Under the pieces are notes generated by a model, which did no database searches, had not been told where the DNA came from, and saw only the letters and a list, made by a program, of their open reading frames with translations. The position numbers were made by a program, and so were the translations under genes. DNA of 64,000 nucleotides from Bigelowiella natans CCMP2755 (taxonomy: Eukaryota > Protista > Cercozoa): NCBI GenBank assembly GCA_000320545.1, contig ADNK01001529.1, positions 36,807 to 100,806 of the forward strand, read 5' to 3'. Below, in pieces: positions 35,683 through 48,832 of this stretch (its first letter is position 1; every line of letters starts with the position of its first letter).

Positions 35683-38483
35683 ATCAGCACTACTACACAC
35701 CGCCATAGCGTTCACAGGCAGGCAGCAGGCAGCAGAGTCGTGAGATGGTGATGATGATGATGCTATAGTTGTAGTAGTAGTAGCACGGTGTACCACCTCT
35801 TCTATTAAGGTCGTTGAGTATCTGGTTGACATCCTCGAACCCAGGCAGTCGTACCCTGTCGAAACTCGAGAGGCCTGGCACGTAACCACAGGCGCGAAGA
35901 TGCCTTCCAATTCCAGCATTCTGCTGCTGCTGCTGCTGCTGCTGCGGTGGCGGCGGCGGCTGCTGTTGGAGGTGGGGACGATTATTCCGACGATGTTGCG
36001 GTCTCTGAGGAGTCTGGACTTTCTTCGTTGAAGATGATGATGAACCAGAACGCCGCCGCTGCTTTGACTCCAATATTTCCCGTGTCTCTTGCTGCGGCTG
36101 CTTTCGTCTTGATGACGATACAGACACCACAGGGGATGGGGAAGGGGGTTTTGAGTCAGGTAGTAGTTGCGGCGACTCCGTCACTGCTGCTGCATCGGCT
36201 TCTTTCTTCTTCGTCTTCTTTCTTGACGACAGGGGGGGGGAGGAGGAGGAGGAGGAGCTGGGAGGGGAGCCCTCTTTGATGGCGGCGGTGGTGATAGTTG
36301 TTGTTGTAGCAGCGCTACTACCGCTGCTACCCCCCTTGACCTCATTCACTCTTTTCGCCGATACTTTCTTTGAGAAGGTGGATGAGGGTACAGGGGCAGC
36401 TGCAGTGCCAGACTCTCCTTTCTTCTTCTTTTTCTTCTTATTTTTGGAGGAGGATGAAATAATGAGCTTGCTAGCGCCCGCCCCCCCTCCCCCTCCTCCT
36501 CTTCCTCCTCCACCTCCTCCTGATGGAGCACTCGCCCCTTCCTGCTGTCGAGTGGATGCGGTTGGGTTGTTCGTGATAAGGGAGGTACTACTGTCGGTCA
36601 AGATCCCTGCTGGTGGTGTTGTGCTGCTGCCTTTCTGGAGGAAGACTCCTGTTCCCATGCGATTGTTGGTGAGCCATGGACCCCGGCGTGAATAATGTGA
36701 CGACTTCGACGATGACTTCGACGACGACAATATCCTGCCTGCTAGTGCTGCATCCTCACGTGAATAAGACGACGATGCAGAAACACCATCCCTAAGGGGA
36801 ACTGCATTGGTAGTTGCTGCACATGATGTAGATTGTGAGCCAAACGACTTGGGCAGGTTATTCGGCAAGGTGTTGGCAGCGAACTTGCTCGAGGTTGATG
36901 GTTTCGGGATGTTTCTCCGTGGCCCCTGGTCCTTTGCACTACCACTGGCAGCTCGAACGGTATTCCTCGCCACGGTCTTCTCCTTCGGAGTGGTGGTGGC
37001 AGCGACTGTGTACGTAAGGTGAGGAGTGATGGTATGATTTTCGCCTACAGGAGCCCTGGTGGACGGCGTTGCTGTCGTACCAGAGATGATGCTGTCTTGT
37101 TTCTTAATATACCTTTTCTGCAAAATTAGAAACACCACAAGAATAAAAGCTGAAAATCTGTATTTTGCTTTCTCTTCGAAAGAATAAGACCTACCTTCAG
37201 AGGCGCGCTATGCTTGCGGCGGCCATATCGTCCCCCCCCGCGAGACTTCCGTCCTCCCCCACGCCCGGTATTGTACTGGTTCTTTCCAAATGCGTTGTAA
37301 TTTTTTTCGTTGCCTTTGTTAGTGGAGATAGATCTCGTTTGTTCCCCCTTCTTCCTGCTTTTGCGATTTCGATGCCCGTCCGTTCTTCCTCTGGTTGTTC
37401 GCACTCTCGATGTCGACGGCGACAAGTTAGGTGCCGCCCTGGGAGTGATAATAGCAGCACCATCTTTCTTATACTTTGAGACTCCATCACTTGATAGGCT
37501 CGTCCTGCCTTCGACGACTCTCACATCATTGCTGTTTGTCACCTTCTCCTTAGTAGATATCGGTTGTGCTGCCGTTGTTACCGTTGCTGCGCCTGGTGTT
37601 ATTTTTCTTTGACCTTCGATTCCGAAAGTGGCGTCTTTACTTCTGCAGATAAGGAAAATACGTTCATCAGGAAAGCTGTGATCTTCACGCTGAGGATTTT
37701 GAGTAAGGATGGAACTACCGGAATAGACGCTGCATGGCCGAACCTTGGGCCAGTGTTGTAAGGGCAGGGCCTTGTCTCTTTAGATTGAAAGCACTGTCAA
37801 ACCAGAAGCTTGAAGGTAGTGCTGATTCTGCCCTACCACCTCCGTTATGCTGCGAGTAGTAATAAAAAAGAAAGTTTGGATTTTCTTCTGTTTTCTCCGC
37901 CTTTCGGCCTTCTCCACAGTATTCAACATATCATCATCATACAAATTATTTGAGTAAGATTACTGGGGTCGATTTTTCAGAGGTAGACCGCTGTTTGCCG
38001 ATGAAGCCCCTCGAGGGGTTTGAGAACAGGGTACCACTTAGACTTTCGGCATTTGACCTGAAGGCAGCACATTGATGAACTGCGCTTCAAAACAATTTTG
38101 TATCAATTGTCGACCTCAGTTCTGTTCCAATTGCAGAATGTGAATTTCTGGAAATGCGGGATTCATTTTCCGAGAGGGAACGTAGCTGTACCATTATTTT
38201 AGGCCCATCTCAGACTCAATGTTCAAATGTGTTTGGCATAAGTAGATGGCAATACCTTCTTCCTTTCGGTTACCGAACCAGAAAGATTAGGGACATTCTT
38301 CCCTTTAGATCCGAGATCATCGATAGGGTAAGGACGTGAAGAGCCAAATGGAAGAAAACTGAGTGTTTTGTTGCCATGTTCTTTCTTCCTGCTACCGCTC
38401 GGGCTGCCTTCGTCACAATCGAATCCTAGACCTTTTGGGAGGAAAAAGTCACGACCATTCGATGCGCCAGTAAGGCTATCCAT
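33122..38483 (-). CDS. Large multi-exon protein, low-complexity S/K/G-rich N-terminal part and C-terminal transmembrane segments; function unknown, boundaries approximate
   Basis: ORFs 38223-38483, 37126-37542 and 35693-37138, followed by hydrophobic exons (VYVFTSGFVWLVLGFVLRVFYFLA; YLAGCLAQILLPLHFILE); likely last exon RLLIGYDVV...GPTAEV*. Confidence 0.45.
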
Positions 38484-39733
38484 GGGTTTGTATTATTTCT
38501 CCAGTTTCCCGGAAAGACTGACGTTGCAGGGTGGGGGGGGGGGGGGGGAGCAATTTTCAACTTTGCGAATGCTCAGTGGTGAAGTGTATCGTGATCCGAA
38601 AGAAAATAAAGACATAGAAACATAGTTGTCGCATGCACTAAAAAGAAAGAGGAATTCAATTAAATTGGTCAGTTTACGTTCCGGGATCGGCTTTCTCTTT
38701 ATGTCCTGAGGGCATCCCGAGTATTACTAAAGAAATTAGAGGTGATTTGCGCTGTCGTCGTGTGTGAACTCTGATGATTTTTCGTGATTTTTTTTCCTGG
38801 AGAATGTTTAAAGGTAGCAACTCAACTGCAGGAAAGTTCCTCGACAAAAAGATACTGCTTCAGCTCGTATTTTACGACAACCAAAGAAATCAAATTGATG
38901 TTGCTTCGAACCTCTTTCTTCCGAAATATTTTTGATGTTTCCGCACTTGCAAGATATTTTTTCAATAAAATCCTAACTTTCATTGTCTCTTTACAGAATC
39001 CACATAGTTCAGCCGCTGACTTGCAGATCTGATTTTAAAATCGGAGCTCCGGGATTACTAAAAATCTGACAAAAGTCCCTCTGTCTAAGAGAGTTTACTT
39101 AATCTAAGCAACAATATGATGATAAATTTGAAATACCTGGTTATATAAAATAGCGTCTGAAAGAAATTTATGTCTTTGTGTTGCAAATAGATCATAGACT
39201 CCCATGTTCGTGTCAATTGGTCGGCAGTTGTATCTTACAGTTTGAAGACAGAATAAACAGAGAGCAACATCGCCCCTCGAGGTAAGTCCTGACCTGTATC
39301 CGGCACGCTCGAGTTTAACATGTGCCTCTAAAAGGGACAGAAAGATGCTTTATCACTTTATATGATATGATTATAGAAAAAAATGAACTGTTTCGTCGAT
39401 CTGCGTACGCATGCTAGAAATAGAAATGGAAAGGAAAAATGCTTTCTTTCGCATCCTTCTTTGTGGGCACAAAGCACGATAAAGCTATGGATGTGCCGCT
39501 CTTTTGGGCTACATTATCCTAGAATTTGTTTGTAAGTGATAAAGAAGGGTTTGGTAGAAACTGCCGAACAAGCAGAATATCGCCGCTCAGGCGATCTGAG
39601 TTTAAGTTTTCATCTCCCATTACCGTAGTTTCAATCACTGCATTCTTACACACCCACTGAAGGCGCTTGTATGCCAAATAAGTCAGGAAAGGGATACGAT
39701 ACGCTGGATTAGAGTAAAATAGCTACTAAAATC

Positions 39734-40973
39734 ATGTCGAACACTAAGGTGCGGAATGATCACGACCTGCTGAACAGAATATCTTGAGTTATGGTTTTGA
39801 TTCGCAGGTGGACTTAAAAGTCATCCTTTTGGGTCATAAGGCAGTCGGTACGGTGAAGATATTGTTAATTGAGAGTAACATCTTACTTGTGCACCCATTG
39901 CAGGTAAAACATCGATGTTCAATCGATATGTCTATGACGAGTTTGGAAAGACGGCGATGGTATGCAGAATTGAGTGGTTTGTTGTTGTTTGTTGCCCCGC
40001 CATTCAATTCGACTTATCTGACCAAATAGACAATCGGTGCATATTTTGCAATGAAACAATGCAAGATCGGAGGAAACAAAGTTTACAACCTCGCAATCTG
40101 GGTAAGAACACTTTAATCCCCGCGTTTGTGAAGGCTGTTGAAGGATGTAACTAAAAAGTATTTTTTAATAATATTGGTATTAATCTGGATTCCAGGATAC
40201 CGCAGGCGAAGGTATGAGGCAATATGTATATTTTCCTTTTTTTTTGGTCGTAATTATGGGACTTTGATAATTATTCTGGTCCTCAGAAAAGTTCGATAGT
40301 CTTACGAATTTCTACTGCCGCGGAGCACGAGCAGCTCTCGTGTGCTATGGTAGATACATCGCCCATTGCTATGTAGAGATTGATATGGTTATAGGTGGTT
40401 AGGGTAAATTATATCTATTTTTATCAGACATAACTCATTATGGTTCCTTTGACGGGATCCAGAAATGGGTCGACAAAGTAAAGCAAGAAGCAGATCCAAA
40501 CTGCGCAATGCTGATCGTTGGAAACAAATGTAGTGAGATTATATTCTTATAATATTTGGGAGAAACTTCGATATTCAGTAGTAAACCGCCTGCCTTTTAT
40601 TGCCATGGTTCCAAATTTAGTGGACTTAGTAGAAAGCGGGGAAGCTACAAGGGCTGTGAACCTAGCGGACGTGCAGGTATCTTCGAAAAGAAAAATCCTA
40701 TCTGCTAAAGAATGACCGGAAAAAAATGTTTCACAGAGATACGCAGAGCCATTGAAAGCGAAGGTGATTGAAGTTTCTGCAAAAACGGGGGTGAATATCA
40801 CGAAAATCTTTCAGGAGGTACATGCATTATTATTGACGTTTAAATAGATTGATGGAATCACAAAAATGAACTTACACTAGGTCGTTGAAACTGCTCTGCG
40901 ACGAGGAGGCACATCCAAAATGAATGCTGGGGGCAGCTTTCCTGAAGCCAAAAGGGGAGGGTGTTGCAATTGA
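39734..40973 (+). CDS. Rab GTPase, Rab24/Rab20-like (about 10 exons)
   Basis: Spliced protein MSNTK-VDLKVILLGHKAVGKTS...TIGAYF...WDTAGEEKFDSL..FYCRGARAALVCYD...VGNKLDL...EVSAKTG...GGCCN* (prenylation motif). Confidence 0.9.
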
Positions 40974-42047
40974 TTAATAAATTTATATCGCATTATCGGA
41001 TCATCACAACAACCATTGTAATGTTGACAGCCACACCCATATCGCACTAGTGAATGTCGTATGTGAAGGTTGCCACGCGCATGTGATCACCCTAGCTTGT
41101 ATCCATATCTAGGCGCGTATTCATTCCGTTTTGTTTTGTCTAGTTGTATTGCTTCGGTACATGCTAGCATGTTGCATGCAGCTCCTTATTGCGATGCTTC
41201 ACGTATTTTCGATCATCGGTATATCGGGCGATTATGTGGCCCAGCATTAGCATGTTATGTTAGCGTACGTACGCGCATGCATTGCAGCGATGTGATGGTA
41301 CGTAGGGGCCGCTAGAGGAATAATGGCATGCATGATCATTTTGCAGACGCTATATGACATGCAAATGAGACATTGATGGATCGACCGATGCAAATAAAAT
41401 GAAATGATCACATTATTTCATTATTTCATTGCATAGTCTACGCTGTGATGAGGATGACCACGGAACAAATTTAATTGATTAATTACATCCGTCTTACAAA
41501 TTTTCAATGGTCATCATAACGTAGCTATCTAGCTATAATAGACAAAATTATCCAGTTACATACACATGTAACATGTTACGCTATGTCTACCATATAGCTC
41601 TAGAGCTGTGTGCAATGGTATTTGTCGTGCACGTTGTTGGACACGCTAGTACGCACTAGCTACAGCGTAGCTAGCTAGCAAGCTGCTAGTCATAAATCTA
41701 ATCGAACGTAAATTGTATCGCCACGCTTTCTGACTACGACATGCGCTACCATTACTAGATCAGCTGTCGATGGCGGTGATTGCGGTGATGCATGCTGCGA
41801 TCTAGCGATGAGCTATGCGGAATATACGTATATATGTGTTGCTATATTTGTGCATGCTATAGCACGCTATATTGAAGTAGGTTTTTACATGTGTTTGCAC
41901 GCATGTGGATGAGTACTACTGTTATTTTGTCATATAGCTACCGACTATTTTGGGGGCAATAGTGTAAATGTGGTGCTCTAGCACACAAGCTGGGAAGAGC
42001 AAGTGCGCGCCCATATCTATCGACGAATAGTATGTCTTCACTACAAA

Positions 42048-43215
42048 TTAGGTCATGTTTTCGATTTTTAGATTTTCTGGCACCAATTTTTCGGTAATTT
42101 TTTTTAGTTCTACCCAGCTCTGCGGATCCCGACAATCAGCCCTCGACTCATATGGAACTCCAGAGTGGTAGTAAGCTCCACCTCTCAGACCATCGTAAGA
42201 CTCAACCGAACAAAACGTGGCAGTTGCAGCGCCTTGAGGTGCACTTTTTGTGAAACCATAACATACGTAGCGAGCCATGAATCTAATAAAACACGTTTGG
42301 TCGTCCCACATAGCCGACCCAGGGATGATCCCTGGATCTGCACAAACAGCCTTGATTCTTGTTTTCCTTTCTTTGAATCTGCGGTGAAGAGCCGCCGTGT
42401 AGCATGCTAGATGCCACTTAGCCTCTGCATAATCAACATGATATCCCCCAAATGTTTCCTTGTTTCGAGGGATAGACTTCCAGTCGACAGGGTTGGAAAC
42501 TTCATCAATAGACAGCGTCCCAATGTTTACAATGCGTGCTCCATTGGAGCTCTTCTCCAGAAGCGGTATTAGATTTTCCGTGAGGACATACGTCGATAGG
42601 TAGTTTACCTTTAATAAAACATGAACACATATCGTTTCAGGGGTGTTGGACTTGGGACAGGATTCACCAAATCAACCTGAAAGGTCAATTCCACTCCATG
42701 CTTGCTCTCTCGATAGTGTGCCTTCGGAACTAAACCGGCATTGTTGACGAGCACGTCGATGCTCTCATGGGAGCTTGATAAATCCTTGATGAATTTTTTA
42801 ATAGAATCGTAGTCGCTTAGATCTAATGGGATACACTCCAGCTCCCCTGTGCCCGAAGGGTGTTCCGCGATGATCTGGTCTCGTATTTGTTGAATCTTCT
42901 TCAAAGTTCTGCCAGTCATCACCACGGTCCCGCCCCCGTCATAAATTGCAGCCGACCTAAGAGAGCCAACACGTTAAAGTAGAACTTTCTCACATTTCAA
43001 CTGGATCTACATTTCCTTTCCAAGGTTGCCCGATGCGCCCGTAATTACGAATACCTCCAATAAAATAAAGATTTAGCTCAAGCGCCCAACATATTCTATA
43101 TCAGAAAAACTATTACCTTTCCCTTCACATCACTCTGTGCAGCATCTTGGACCCTTTTCGCGGCCGTCGTTCGGTAATTGTTTGCATTATCACAACAGCA
43201 CAAGCAAGCACCCAT
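42048..43215 (-). CDS. Short-chain dehydrogenase/reductase (retinol dehydrogenase-like) with N-terminal MGACLCCC acylation motif
   Basis: VFVITGASGNLGKE, DVLVNNAG, YAEAK (YxxxK), VHPG-like QIQ/PGIIPG segment and KSAPQGAAT. Confidence 0.85.
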
Positions 43216-43682
43216 TGTGCACTCTTTAGATCCGATTCAGATTTCGGAAAACTATTCTGATGCCAGAAGCTGGTTGAACAGAGGGGATTTCGGCAATTTT
43301 CATCGGAAATATGCCCTGCCCAGTCATCAACTCCAAGCCTCGATCGGCTTCGGAACTCAAAGGCGATTTTTAGAGGCTGAGACACTTCGGATTTTCCACG
43401 AATCACAGAGGCCGACACGTGTGAGACAACGAAGAAGAGTCAAGAGTGAGATACGCATCCAGCGTCCGACCAGAAGAGTCATTTACAGGCTATTATAAGA
43501 CTACGACTACCTATCCTTCGTAAATATTCGAGTGAGCATGTGAGCGACAAGAAATTTTTTGAATATTTCGAATTTTTTTTCGGAGCTGTAGAAAATTTCG
43601 ACTGCCCCCCCCCGAACGTGAAAATGGCAGTTCTGCTCGTATTAATTGAAAATTAGGGGGGATATTTATCCTTAAGATAATA

Positions 43683-45160
43683 ATGTCCCTTGAAGTTGCG
43701 CCAACGCGCATCGTCTTTTATGTAGTCCTGGCTTCTTGCCTCTCGTCGCCAGCTACCGCTGTTCAAACGTAATAATCCAAGTTGGCCTGATTAATTTTAT
43801 TGGATAGGCAGGCATGCACAAAAAGAAATTTGGAATCATGTTTCCATAGTCTCTTATTTCCCCTGATTTTATATATGAAATTCTCTTTCTTGCATTCACT
43901 TTGGCCAGCGTGATATGAGTTTGGAATATAAACATGTACATGCACATTGAAACAGGTTCAATGTGCAAAGGGATTCTTCTTCATCCTGGGACGAAAGAAA
44001 CCATTATTTTGACTCAGGAGTCAGTGTTTATCGCAATTATCTCCCGCTTCCTGAAGGTCTGATCGCTCTGAACTCAACTGAGGGCGCGGAGCTCATGAAG
44101 GACAAAAACACATTGGATTCGCCGTACTGGAAACTAGCAATTTATCTCACCACACAGGTAGTCTATATGCGATTTGTGAGTTTTTAAGATTACAAATATG
44201 TGTCCAATTATTCCAGTCGACATCATTTATTTATGGCACAGATGAACGGTGGAGCATGTGCTGTGGCCTCCGCGTCAGTGGTTCTCAATGCCATATCCCC
44301 CCCGTCTTTGAAAGGAGGATTCACAAATCAAACCCAACTCCTCGCCAACAGTCAATGCATGAGGAATGTAATCGTCCCTCCTGGCATGTCTTTCAGAGAA
44401 AAGCAGTCTGGCTCAGGCGTAGCTAGGGAAGACGAAGCTATGGTGCAACAATTCTTCAGCATTTCTAGTTCGTCAGGGACCGGCAGCAGCCATTTGGAAC
44501 AGGAAACATCGTTGGCGCAGGTGTAATCACGTCTGCAAAATGATTTTAAAGTTTTCGACATGATATATTGATCTCTAACAGGCGCTTCAATATCTTTCTA
44601 AGCATGGTACAACTCTGGAGAAAGCGAGACGGTCTTATTTGGCAACATGTCTGTGAGAATGAAATATGAAACTGATCTATGGCTCCATATTTCCCCCACC
44701 ATCAGATACTACGAGTGCTATGGTGTACCAACTCGGGTCGTCTATGCAGCAGAAACAACGTGGGAGAAGTTCGTTGCGGATGTGGAACTTGCAGCAAGAT
44801 CACAGAAAATGTTCATAGTTGTGGATTTTAAGCGCAGCTCCGTGGGTATGGCAGGGCACGCGCATTTTTCTCCCATTGCCGCCCTGAACCAGAACTCAAA
44901 AGGTACAACTCGAGAATTGAATGCAAAAAGGAGCAGAGATGTTAGGAAATGCTGTAACATATTGTACTTTCATATAAATCACAGGAGGAGGAGGAGGAGG
45001 AGGAGGAGGAGGAGGAGTAGAAAGTTTGATGCTTGTCCTGGATGTCGCTCGAATGAGATACCCGCCTTACTGGTTGAGCTCCAAAAAGCTCTTTCAAGCA
45101 ATGAATACAACGGATAATGAGACTAGTCGAAGCAGAGGATACTTAGTTATTGGGGAATGA
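43683..45160 (+). CDS. Phytochelatin synthase-like papain-fold protein (catalytic domain only) with signal peptide
   Basis: TTQ|MNGGACAVASASVVLNA (Cys), GHAHFSPIAA (His) and LVLDVARMRYPPYW (Asp); hydrophobic N-terminus RIVFYVVLASCLSSPATA. Confidence 0.85.
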
Positions 45161-46157
45161 GATTCAGGCAACAAAATTTCACTGTGCATCGTCGCTGTTG
45201 CGGCTATGAAAGAATTGCTAGCGCTGGTCTGGAATGTGATCATGAACCAGATATTATGCTTTGCGTTGGAAAAAGTTTGGCACAATGAACAACAAATCCA
45301 TAGTTACTTACACTAGTACGCATAGACCGACATGCACATCACCCAACCATGTACATCGAACAATCTGCAATTTGCGCTACACGTGCGGCGGAGAACAAGC
45401 TAGCAAGGCTAGAAGGCTACGCGAACGTGCACTACTGGACTAAACTCACAGGCAAATAACCTTACAACCTTACTAGCTTACTTTGTGGCAGTTACATCTA
45501 GACATGGCATTCGATCCGGTGTACACTAGTCTATGTCGCCTGAATGAGCGTAGCCAGCTAGCTAGCCAGAGCGCTGTATGTGTGTGGCGAAAGAAAGCCA
45601 CCAGCTAGCCAGCTCACGTGGCATTGTTGCTCCCATCGCTTTAGCTTTCGCCATATTTGTGCATCATGCTCTGATTAGCTGCCGAGTGTACGTAGCTTTG
45701 ATCGACAGCATGCATCAAGCATTGACGCAAAAATTTCATACTCACGTTGCTGCTGTGATTTGAACGAGCAAATCATTGGATGTACAATGTAGGCGCGGCT
45801 CGATGACGCTATGTGTATATGCCATGACTGAAGCGCGCGAGAGTTCTAGAGTCGGTTGTTAGTTCAAGTCTAAAAATTAAATAAGTAAGCCTTCATGTAG
45901 TTCTAGAGTCATCGCAGTTACAAATGTTCATGACTGCCAAAAATTTAATTGTAGATGCGATACGGTCGAAGCCAATACATTGAAAGAACAACGCTGTCAA
46001 TAACGCGTGCAACCGGCAACAATAAACGTCTTAGCTTTCAAATTATATGTGATGCCACCTAATTACTTGATGATGAGATCAAAACACGAATACTATATCA
46101 TTCATATAAAGGTCTATTAGTCCGTTTGTTAGGCGCCACTGTAGACATATAGTTCGA

Positions 46158-46614
46158 TCAGAAAGCAGCTAGCACTGTTTCCTTCAGCTTGGCCAAAGCC
46201 TTTTCGAATTCTCCGAAAGCTCTCACGACATCTGCTTTCGAAGCTTTCTTGGTTGCTTTCGATTTTTTGGTGCTGACAGGACGATTTGGGTCAAACCAGT
46301 ACTCCAAAAACGCCTCTTTAGAAACCTTGGTGTCGCCTCCTTTCTCATTGGTCTTGATGTAACGCATCAGATGCCAAGGCTAATCATAGAACATTCTGTC
46401 AGAAAATCTTTCGATTAAAACAGAGATGTGCTCTTTTGCTGCGTACCTTAATATCTAGAGCTTGGCAGACACCAGGAAGATCATTGGGATCAAGGGAGCC
46501 ATTCTTATGCTTATCGAATGAATCAAAGGTATCGGATATGAACTTTTTCTCAATGTCGGTGGTAGTGCGGTTCCCGTCCGCAGGCATAACACGAGTGTGT
46601 TTTTCTTCGGACAT
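46158..46614 (-). CDS. Small EF-hand protein (2 exons)
   Basis: FDSFDKHKNGSLDPNDL; second exon ...DTKVSKEAFLEYW. Confidence 0.75.
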
Positions 46615-47508
46615 TTTCGTTGAGACTAGCGATCTAAAAAGCGAAGAAAAGGTCACAGTCTAGTAGAGACCGTCAAATCTAATGATGCTCACAAACCTAT
46701 GCAGATTGTGGGATCGATTTCTTCTCCCGTTGAATTCTGCCGCCTCCACAAATTCTAGATTTAAGCTCTGTTGCCACCACACTCATTCGACAAAAAATCA
46801 AAATGCATTCCGCACCGTACGAACGACAACTTCTGAATCGCATAGATTTCATTAGTTACAGGGCAGCAAGCGCACAATCTGCGAATGCGAATCAGAATCT
46901 CTTCAAGCCAATCGCTGCGCGTGGTTCAGACGAGGGGCCGAAACCGATTGCCCCAATGCGAGAATACATCTTCTCCGAGACAGGATTTTCCTTTGTGTAT
47001 TACAGGAAAACGCGCTAATTATTCGCCACCATTTCGTCTCCACCGGGGACGAGTTGGGATGAAACTTGAATTGGGAAAATGCTCCTAAATCCTGAGAAAT
47101 GGAGGGCAATGCGATCCAAAAATTGGCGATATTTCACAATTTCGCCTTAAAAAAGGGGTCACAGATGTAATGCTACCTCAAATACCCATTGCTACGTTCC
47201 GATAAAATGTGGAAGAATTCGCCTGGTTTTTCAACCAAAACATGTACCGGTAAAGTCAGAGCACTGCGTGATTATTAAAGGGGGCGAAAAGGGAGGGGGT
47301 TTTGACTACGGCTTCGGCAATCTTGGTGACCGCATGTCTCGTTTCCGCTTGTGCTCCTGGAACTGACGTTGGTAATGAAGAATAGAGAAACTAGTGAAAC
47401 TAACCGGCAGTACCGTTTTTGAAACGGGAAACATCGGGATTCGACTGCAACGCTCGCTCTGACTTCGCACGCGTCATCTTTCAACGCCCTGTGCCAGCGG
47501 ATCGGTGC

Positions 47509-48262
47509 ATGGAGGGAGGAAAGAAACAAGGATCGCTTCCAATGGAGAAGGATCATGAGCCGCTCCTCGACAAGGTGATTATTTGCCCGTTCGACAAATT
47601 TGGTATAACTTCAAGTGCTGTTACGGTGCTTTAGTGTTGTTACGGTGGGATCGATCGAGGAATCATTCAAAGCCCTGCTTGATTACTTACGTCTAATTAC
47701 TACCAACAATGTTTAGACCTCCTCTTATTCTGAGATTCAACCATCTGCTCCAGATGCTGAAATCATCTCGATTGGAATGCCCGAGAAGAAAATAGGTGGT
47801 GCTGGGGAGTAGCAGCAACAACAGAATTAGCACAGTTGTTATTGTTGCTGCAGCTGCTCGTGGTTGTGATGGTTGTGGTGGTATCGTTATCATTATTATT
47901 ATTAAGATTAATATTATTATGATTAGGAGCAGTAGTAGCAGTTAAGAGTCGTAGTGGTAGAAATAGTAGCAGTGGTGGGGAACAGGTTCGTCGTGTGATT
48001 TCTCTGAATTGTCGTTTGCTTAAGTGCACGCTTACTGTTTTTGGCTCACACAGCAAGCCCTTCCGCGCCTGTAGAGGATGACCTAGATGACGATAGAGCC
48101 TGTCGCATTTGCTTTGATGGGCCGGAATCGGTTAGTAAATTGTCTGGCAAATAGTATTCTAATCCTTCACCGAAGTGAAGAAATTGCATCGTGTATTACT
48201 CCACACTATCTGACTCAAACGATCATCATCATCATTATCATCACCATCATCATCATCACCAT

Positions 48263-48303
<41 letters not shown>

Positions 48304-48799
48304 AATCATGCGTTGTCATTCAGGGAGAACTTATCGCACCATGCCGTTGCTCTGGGGGCCAGAAATGGGTCAATAGTTCCATGATGCAGATTAGGAGGGT
48401 TGTTTGTATAAAAAAGCAGCAGCATAGGGGAATAGAGAGATGCATACTATTTGGGTTTTTCTGCGTCGTGCAAGGGGTGTGACGTCTCCCCAACGTACCG
48501 CCCATGTAGTATATTGATTGCAACGACTAAAATCAACCGGAGAAGGACCCTCAAAACTACTTTATTGCCCGTAGATTCATCGAAGTTGTTTGGATAACTG
48601 GAGAAGCCAGGTATATAGTTGAGATACTTACTTATCAGCAGAGAGAGGAGGGGTGGGGATTGCTTCAGAGTGTGTGAGGGTGTTCTTGTTTGGAAGCGTT
48701 CGTTAAGGCGAGTTTTCACTGACATAAAGGAGCAAATTCCCTTTGCCTTCACTCGATGCCCAACTTGCCACTTCGACTACGTTACGAGGGTAGTAGTGA

Positions 48800-48832
<33 letters not shown>

